DNA of 64,000 nucleotides from Candidatus Algichlamydia australiensis (GTDB lineage Bacteria; Chlamydiota; Chlamydiia; Chlamydiales; JAJFMI01): NCBI GenBank assembly GCA_033977065.1, contig JAXCHI010000004.1, positions 32,001 to 96,000 of the forward strand, read 5' to 3'. Shown piece by piece: positions 58,803 to 64,000 of this stretch (position 1 is its first letter; each line of letters starts with the position of its first letter). The notes under the pieces were generated by a model. It saw only the letters and a program-made list of their open reading frames with translations, ran no database searches and was not told where the DNA came from. The position numbers and the translations under genes were made by a program.

Positions 58803-60191
58803 ATGGATTCGCGAAAATTTGACCTCATTGCCATCGGTTCCGGGCCTGCCTGCCAGAAGGGGGCAATCCAAGCTGCCAAGCTGGGTAAAAAAGTTGCTAT
58901 AGTAGAGCGCGATTCGCAGCCAGGGGGAGCCTCACTTAACTCAGGTACGATTCCATCAAAATCTTTGCGCGAGGCGATTCTTGATTTAACAAATTTTTAT
59001 GATCGTAGTTTTTACGGCATTCCAAAAGAGCCTCAAGAAATTTTAATCAGTGATCTCAACTTTCGTCTTGTTCGGGTTTTAGAAGAGCAGCGAAAAGTGT
59101 TACAGCGTCAGATTTCTCGCAACCGTATTGAGTTTGTTCGAGGCTCAGCTACTTTTATTGATACCACCACCATTGCTGTTTTGGATGATGCGGGCAAGCA
59201 GATCGATCTGCTTAAAGGGGAAAACATTTTGATCGGAACGGGTTCGCGGCCGCGCAATCCCAAAAACATCCCGTTTGATGACCGCATGATTCTCGATTCC
59301 ACACGACTTTTAGGGATTGATCGCGTGCCAAAAAAATTGCTTGTTTTGGGAAGTGGCGTGATCGGTTCTGAGTATGCAAGTTTTTTTGCAGCACTTGGCA
59401 CAGAAGTGACTGTGGTGGATAAGAGAGAGCATATGTTGCCTCTTTTAGATCGCGAAATTGGCACACATTTACAGAAGGCATTGGAGGACTTAAACTTACG
59501 TTTTTTGGGTCAAAAAATGGTTGAAGAAGTGCTACCCAAAAAAGAGCAAGTTGTGGTCAAATGCAGAGATAAGACGCAAGTAACTGGAGATGTTCTTCTT
59601 TACGCTTTGGGGCGCGAAGCGAGTGTCACAGGGCTTGGTTTGGAGAAGGTGGGAATCGCCCTTGATCAGAAAGGGTACATTCCGGTAAACAACCATTTTC
59701 AGACGCTACATCCTCATATCTACGCGGTGGGGGATGTGATCGGAGGACCGTGTCTCGCATCGACGAGCATGGAACAGGGAAGGCTAGCTGCGCGCCACGC
59801 GTTTGGAGCGCCATCGAGCAACTTTCCCAACTTTTTTCCGATTGGGATTTACACAATTCCCGAAATTTCCTGCTGCGGACTAACCGAAGAGCAGGTGAAA
59901 AAGAGCGGCATTCCTTACGAGGTTGGTCGCGCCTACTACTATGAAATTGCCAAGTCGCAAATTGTAGGCGGAGATCCAGGCATGTTTAAAATACTTTTCC
60001 ATAAAGAGAGCCACGAGATTCTCGGGGTGCACATTGTGGGAAGAGGCGCCACTGAAGTGATTCACATCGGTCAGGTGGCCATGACATTTAAAGCAAAGAT
60101 CGACTACCTTGTCGATCAAGTCTTTAATTACCCTACATATGCTGAGGGGTACCGCATAGCAGCATTAAACGGATTGAACAAATTGAGGTAG
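58803..60191 (+). CDS. sthA: Soluble pyridine nucleotide transhydrogenase
   Basis: GSGPA, GTIPSKSLRE, GIYTIPEIS, FNYPTYAEGYRIAALNG. Confidence 0.93.
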   Translation: MDSRKFDLIAIGSGPACQKGAIQAAKLGKKVAIVERDSQPGGASLNSGTIPSKSLREAILDLTNFYDRSFYGIPKEPQEILISDLNFRLVRVLEEQRKVLQRQISRNRIEFVRGSATFIDTTTIAVLDDAGKQIDLLKGENILIGTGSRPRNPKNIPFDDRMILDSTRLLGIDRVPKKLLVLGSGVIGSEYASFFAALGTEVTVVDKREHMLPLLDREIGTHLQKALEDLNLRFLGQKMVEEVLPKKEQVVVKCRDKTQVTGDVLLYALGREASVTGLGLEKVGIALDQKGYIPVNNHFQTLHPHIYAVGDVIGGPCLASTSMEQGRLAARHAFGAPSSNFPNFFPIGIYTIPEISCCGLTEEQVKKSGIPYEVGRAYYYEIAKSQIVGGDPGMFKILFHKESHEILGVHIVGRGATEVIHIGQVAMTFKAKIDYLVDQVFNYPTYAEGYRIAALNGLNKLR

Positions 60192-60196
60192 AAACA

Positions 60197-60583
60197 TTGG
60201 CGATATACGATATCAAGCACCACACGCAGACAGAACAGGAAGAAAAACAGCAGCAGCCGGAAAAAAGTTGTTTTAAAGATCGACTCTTTTCCTCCATCGC
60301 CGCTCGTCTCTTTTTTCTCCTTCTTCTCGCTGGTGATATCGCTTGGGGCGCTCTTAGTATTGCCATGAGCCTGCTTTATCTTGCCAGCAATCTGCTCACC
60401 GGTTTCAAGTTTGCTTTTTTTAAAAAACGCCTAAAAAAATCCGCGCTCTCCGTACGAAGAGCGCTTGTCTGTTTTCTTGCCCTCCTTGTGGCAATCATCT
60501 CACCAGCCCTCGGCATCATGTTTGCCTGCAGCTACTTCCTCATGTTTGACAAAAAGGGCATCGAAGAAGTGGTGCCCGCCTAA
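60197..60583 (+). CDS. Hypothetical membrane protein (frame continues past TAA to 60619)
   Basis: TTG start, several hydrophobic segments. Confidence 0.65.
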   Translation: MAIYDIKHHTQTEQEEKQQQPEKSCFKDRLFSSIAARLFFLLLLAGDIAWGALSIAMSLLYLASNLLTGFKFAFFKKRLKKSALSVRRALVCFLALLVAIISPALGIMFACSYFLMFDKKGIEEVVPA

Positions 60584-60615
60584 CTGCGCGAGCAATTCAC
60601 CGCCTTCCAAAAAAG

Positions 60616-61122
60616 TTAGCTTCCTTTTGCTTGTGAAGCTAAATTGTCAATAACTTGTGTAGCCATCTTTTGAATTTGTTGTTCCTTAGTTGTTCGTTCA
60701 TTTTCACCCTTAGGAAGAAGTTTTGCTACTTCTTTCATCAAAGCGATTTGCGTAGCAGAGTTCCTTTCTGCCTTCTTTATTTTTTTGGGAGTGAAAATTT
60801 TTAAGGGGTTCTTTCCTCTTTCAACTACAGCTGTGAGTGAGTTAAATAAAAGGTCGACTTTAGGGTTGAGACTATCAATAAGGGCTTCGGCATCCGTAAT
60901 AGCATCTTCTATTAGAGTAGGGGTTAGGGCAGGTTGGTCGTCTCTTCCATTTACGCGGTTTTCTAAACCTTTTGCTCTGGTATTTATTTCAGCGAAAATT
61001 CCCGCATTTTCACCGAGGAGGGGTAATTTTCGAATTCTACTCACAAGTTCATTGAGCCTGGTCATTTGAGCGTTATTTGACACTTGTGTCTTTCTTATGT
61101 TTGTTGCTCCTGTTGAAAACAT
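60616..61122 (-). CDS. Hypothetical helical protein
   Basis: GAGGT RBS upstream; 168-aa ORF. Confidence 0.65.
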   Translation of the reverse strand: MFSTGATNIRKTQVSNNAQMTRLNELVSRIRKLPLLGENAGIFAEINTRAKGLENRVNGRDDQPALTPTLIEDAITDAEALIDSLNPKVDLLFNSLTAVVERGKNPLKIFTPKKIKKAERNSATQIALMKEVAKLLPKGENERTTKEQQIQKMATQVIDNLASQAKGS

Positions 61123-61192
61123 ATTATTTACCTCATGTTTAATATATCTTAATAATAAATTTTATTTTATTAATAGTAAATAATATTTTAAG

Positions 61193-62419
61193 TTACTGGT
61201 TTTCAGTCTCTTGACGCGGGTCAAGGTTGGCAGATTGAAGAGAGGTTTGGGGAAGAGGAACGAAATGTTCCTCGGAGGGGACGTTGCGTTTACCCTTGGA
61301 GGAGCAGGAGAGGAGGAGTTGGAGGAGGGTGACAGAGCCCATAAAAAGGAAAAAGCCGGTATGGGGTAGCAGTTCCATAAAGAGGGGCACGAGGAGGGGA
61401 CCGAGGATACAGCCGGTACCAAACATGATGAGCATGACGCTGACGATGGTGGTGATGGAGGCTTCGGGGATGCGGTCGGCGGTGTAGCTGATCGAGAGGG
61501 GGTAGAGGGTAAACATGATGCCGCCGAAGAGTACCATGAGAGAGAGGAAGGTGGGGAAAGTAAAGTGGTGGGCAAAGCAGAGGACGGTGCAGACGGCGAT
61601 AAGGGAGAGGCAGACAAGGTTCATGATTTTGCGACGGTCAAAGATATCAGAGAGGGCGCCGATGGGCCATTGGAGGGTCAAGCCACCGAGGATGGTGAGG
61701 CCCATGGTAAGAGAGATTTGAAAGAGGGTGAGGTCGTTCTCTTTGGCATAGACAGGTCCGAGACCATAGAAGGAGCTGATCATCATGCCGGCGATGATGG
61801 AACCAATAAATCCGATAGGTGCCCGCCTGGCTATGGTGCGAAGAGGCACAATTTGAGGGTGGTGCATTTCAGGAGATTCGTGAGGTGAGGTGCAGAGAGG
61901 AAGGATGGCAAGAGAGCAGAAGATGGCTGATAGGCCGAAGGGCATGAAGCTTGTGAGGTCTGTAAAATTGAGGAGAAATTGTCCGGAGCCTTGGGCAAGG
62001 TAGAGGCTAAACATGTAGAGGGAGAGCGCCCGGCCACGGCTGTTGGAGGAGGAGATAAGAAGGAGCCAGCTCTCGACGATAATAAAGTAGCCAGAAGCGC
62101 ACATGCCAACAAGAAAACGAAAGGCGATGTATTTGATCAGGCCCTGCGAGAGGCCCTGCATCATGATAACGGAGGCGTTGATGGAGGAAAAGAGGGCAAA
62201 AGAGCGGATATGGCCAATGCGGTGAATCACTTTTTCCATCATGAGTGAACCGATTAAAATTCCCGTGTAGTAGGAGGAGTGGAGGATGCCGATTAACCAG
62301 TCTGGTGTTCCCTCTTTTGCAATGTGAAGGCTGAAAAAAGTCGTGAAGAAACTATTGCCAATCATCACAATGGCAAGACTAATAAGAGGCGGAAGTGCGG
62401 ACTTCGCAATAGATTTCAC
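61193..62419 (-). CDS. MFS transporter (YcaD-like)
   Basis: About 12 TM segments; IVESWL, RGRALSLY, QWPIGALSDIFDRR. Confidence 0.92.
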   Translation of the reverse strand: MKSIAKSALPPLISLAIVMIGNSFFTTFFSLHIAKEGTPDWLIGILHSSYYTGILIGSLMMEKVIHRIGHIRSFALFSSINASVIMMQGLSQGLIKYIAFRFLVGMCASGYFIIVESWLLLISSSNSRGRALSLYMFSLYLAQGSGQFLLNFTDLTSFMPFGLSAIFCSLAILPLCTSPHESPEMHHPQIVPLRTIARRAPIGFIGSIIAGMMISSFYGLGPVYAKENDLTLFQISLTMGLTILGGLTLQWPIGALSDIFDRRKIMNLVCLSLIAVCTVLCFAHHFTFPTFLSLMVLFGGIMFTLYPLSISYTADRIPEASITTIVSVMLIMFGTGCILGPLLVPLFMELLPHTGFFLFMGSVTLLQLLLSCSSKGKRNVPSEEHFVPLPQTSLQSANLDPRQETENQ

Positions 62420-62474
62420 AATTAACTATATATTCTTTTATTAATATCTAATTATACGAGTAATTAAAATGATA

Positions 62475-64000
62475 TTATTTTGCACGTAAAATAATAGAAT
62501 TATTTTCTAAAACAAGCTCTATAGTTTCACCTGCTTTAGTCGTCTCATCAAGAATAGCAGATGCGAGAGTGTTGGTCACCTCTTTTTGAATGAGGCGTTT
62601 TAGAGGACGTGCACCAAATATGGGGTCGTATCCAGTTTTAGCGAGATAGGTAACGACATGTGGGTCCCAGGTAAGGCTAATATTGCGCTCGAGCGCACGT
62701 TCTTGTACTTTTTTTAATTGAATGAGGACAATCCTCTCCATCTCACGCTCTTGTAGAGGGAGAAAGGGGAGAATTTCATCTAGGCGGTTGATGAACTCAG
62801 GACGAAAGTGGCTCTTGACTGTGGGTTCGACAACTTCTAAAACTTCTTCTTTTGCCCACTCATTAGGGTGCGAGCTGAGTTTTTCCAGCAGTTGTTCAGA
62901 GCCGAGGTTTGAGGTCATGATGAAGAGCGCATTTTTTGCATTGACTGTGCGGCCCTTGCTATCGGTAATGCGTCCATCATCAAAGAGCTGAAGCAAAATA
63001 TTGAATATGTCCGGGTGCGCCTTTTCAACTTCATCTAAAAGGACAACTGAATAGGGGCGGCGGCGCAAGCTTTCAGTAAGTTGACCTCCCTCATCGTAGC
63101 CTACATATCCGGGAGGAGAACCAATTAGTTTTGCAACAGTGTGGCGCTCCATATATTCGGACATATCGAGACGTACCATCGCCTCTTCTTGCGAAAAGAG
63201 CTGGCTTGCTAGCGCTTTGGCAAGTTCGGTTTTCCCAACGCCTGTGGGCCCTACAAAGAGAAAGACGCCCAAGGGACGTGTGGGATCGCTTAAGCCTGCG
63301 CGCGAGCGACGGATCGCTTCACTCACAGCTTGTATAGCAAAGGGCTGTCCGATCACGCGATCAGAGAGGCGCTCTTCTAAGTGAAGGAGCTTTTCCTTCT
63401 CTGTTTCGACCATGTTTTGCACAGGAATACCGGTCCATTTGGCCACAATTTGTGCAATGAGGGGTTCATCCACTTCTTCTTGCAAAAGGCGATCGGGTAG
63501 AGAAGAGAGGCGCCCTTGTGCCTCTTCAATAGCGCGCTCCATTTGAGGAATACGTGAATAGCGCAGCTCTGCAACGCGATTATAATCGAGGCTACGATTA
63601 GCTTCCTCTTCTTGGTGGCGCAGCTGTTCCAGAGAGTTTTTCTTCTCTTTTACGTCAGAAATGAGTCTCTTCTCCTGATTCCAGCGCTCTTTTAGCACGT
63701 CGAGCTCTTCTTTAAGGTGGGCAATCTCTTTAGCACTCTTCTCATCTTCGCGGCCCTCTTTTTTCAGCCGCTCCTGCTTTACAATCAAGCTTGCAAGTTC
63801 ACGCTCTTTAATATCGATCGGCAGAGGTCGTGAACCAATCTGTATGCGAATTAAGCTAGCTGCTTCATCTATCAAGTCGATCGCTTTATCAGGAAGTCGG
63901 CGATCACTGATATAGCGATGGGAGAGAAGCACAGCGCTATATAGGGCATCTTCAGTGATTTGGACGCCATGATAGATCTCATAGCGCTCTTTCAGTCCAC
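62475..64000 (-). CDS. clpB: ATP-dependent chaperone ClpB, 5' end outside the window
   Basis: RRLPDKAIDLIDEA, long middle coiled coil, GPTGVGKTE, DMSEYME, FRPEFINR, GARPLKR. Confidence 0.93.
   Translation of the reverse strand, partial: GLKERYEIYHGVQITEDALYSAVLLSHRYISDRRLPDKAIDLIDEAASLIRIQIGSRPLPIDIKERELASLIVKQERLKKEGREDEKSAKEIAHLKEELDVLKERWNQEKRLISDVKEKKNSLEQLRHQEEEANRSLDYNRVAELRYSRIPQMERAIEEAQGRLSSLPDRLLQEEVDEPLIAQIVAKWTGIPVQNMVETEKEKLLHLEERLSDRVIGQPFAIQAVSEAIRRSRAGLSDPTRPLGVFLFVGPTGVGKTELAKALASQLFSQEEAMVRLDMSEYMERHTVAKLIGSPPGYVGYDEGGQLTESLRRRPYSVVLLDEVEKAHPDIFNILLQLFDDGRITDSKGRTVNAKNALFIMTSNLGSEQLLEKLSSHPNEWAKEEVLEVVEPTVKSHFRPEFINRLDEILPFLPLQEREMERIVLIQLKKVQERALERNISLTWDPHVVTYLAKTGYDPIFGARPLKRLIQKEVTNTLASAILDETTKAGETIELVLENNSIILRAK

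Noticed and set aside
1..64000. CRISPR array, integron cassette array or diversity-generating retroelement
   Set aside because: No regularly spaced short repeats, and no cas, integrase or reverse transcriptase genes. The long duplicates differ mostly at silent sites rather than specifically at adenines.

Overview
Chromosomal segment of an environmental Chlamydiae bacterium. The call rests on a fused glyQS, a SEC-C-bearing map, and the chlamydial gene order rnpA-rpmH-rpmJ-rpsN-asp23-uvrC-mutS-dnaG...glyQS-pgsA-glgA-tRNA-Gln-rplY-pth-rpsF-rpsR-rplI-ispE. Three accessory layers sit on this backbone. (1) A two-partner secretion (TPS) repertoire: three tandem Gly/Thr/Ser-rich filamentous-haemagglutinin-like genes at 3-11665 (the third split by one in-frame TGA) and a tpsB-tpsA-tpsA operon at 37714-45028 that runs into glgA. 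Four of the five passengers share a C-terminal domain I do not recognise. (2) A plasticity zone between dnaG and glyQS in which the 3' ends of both housekeeping genes are duplicated with mostly synonymous differences, enclosing TM/coiled-coil and ankyrin genes. (3) At least five families of 150-400 bp palindromic/MITE-like elements, several of which supply gene stop codons. Two different ones sit at the same conserved Trp codon of two TpsA paralogues. IS903-like and IS256 remnants are also present. No CRISPR array or rRNA was seen. All product calls are from motif recognition only, with no database search.
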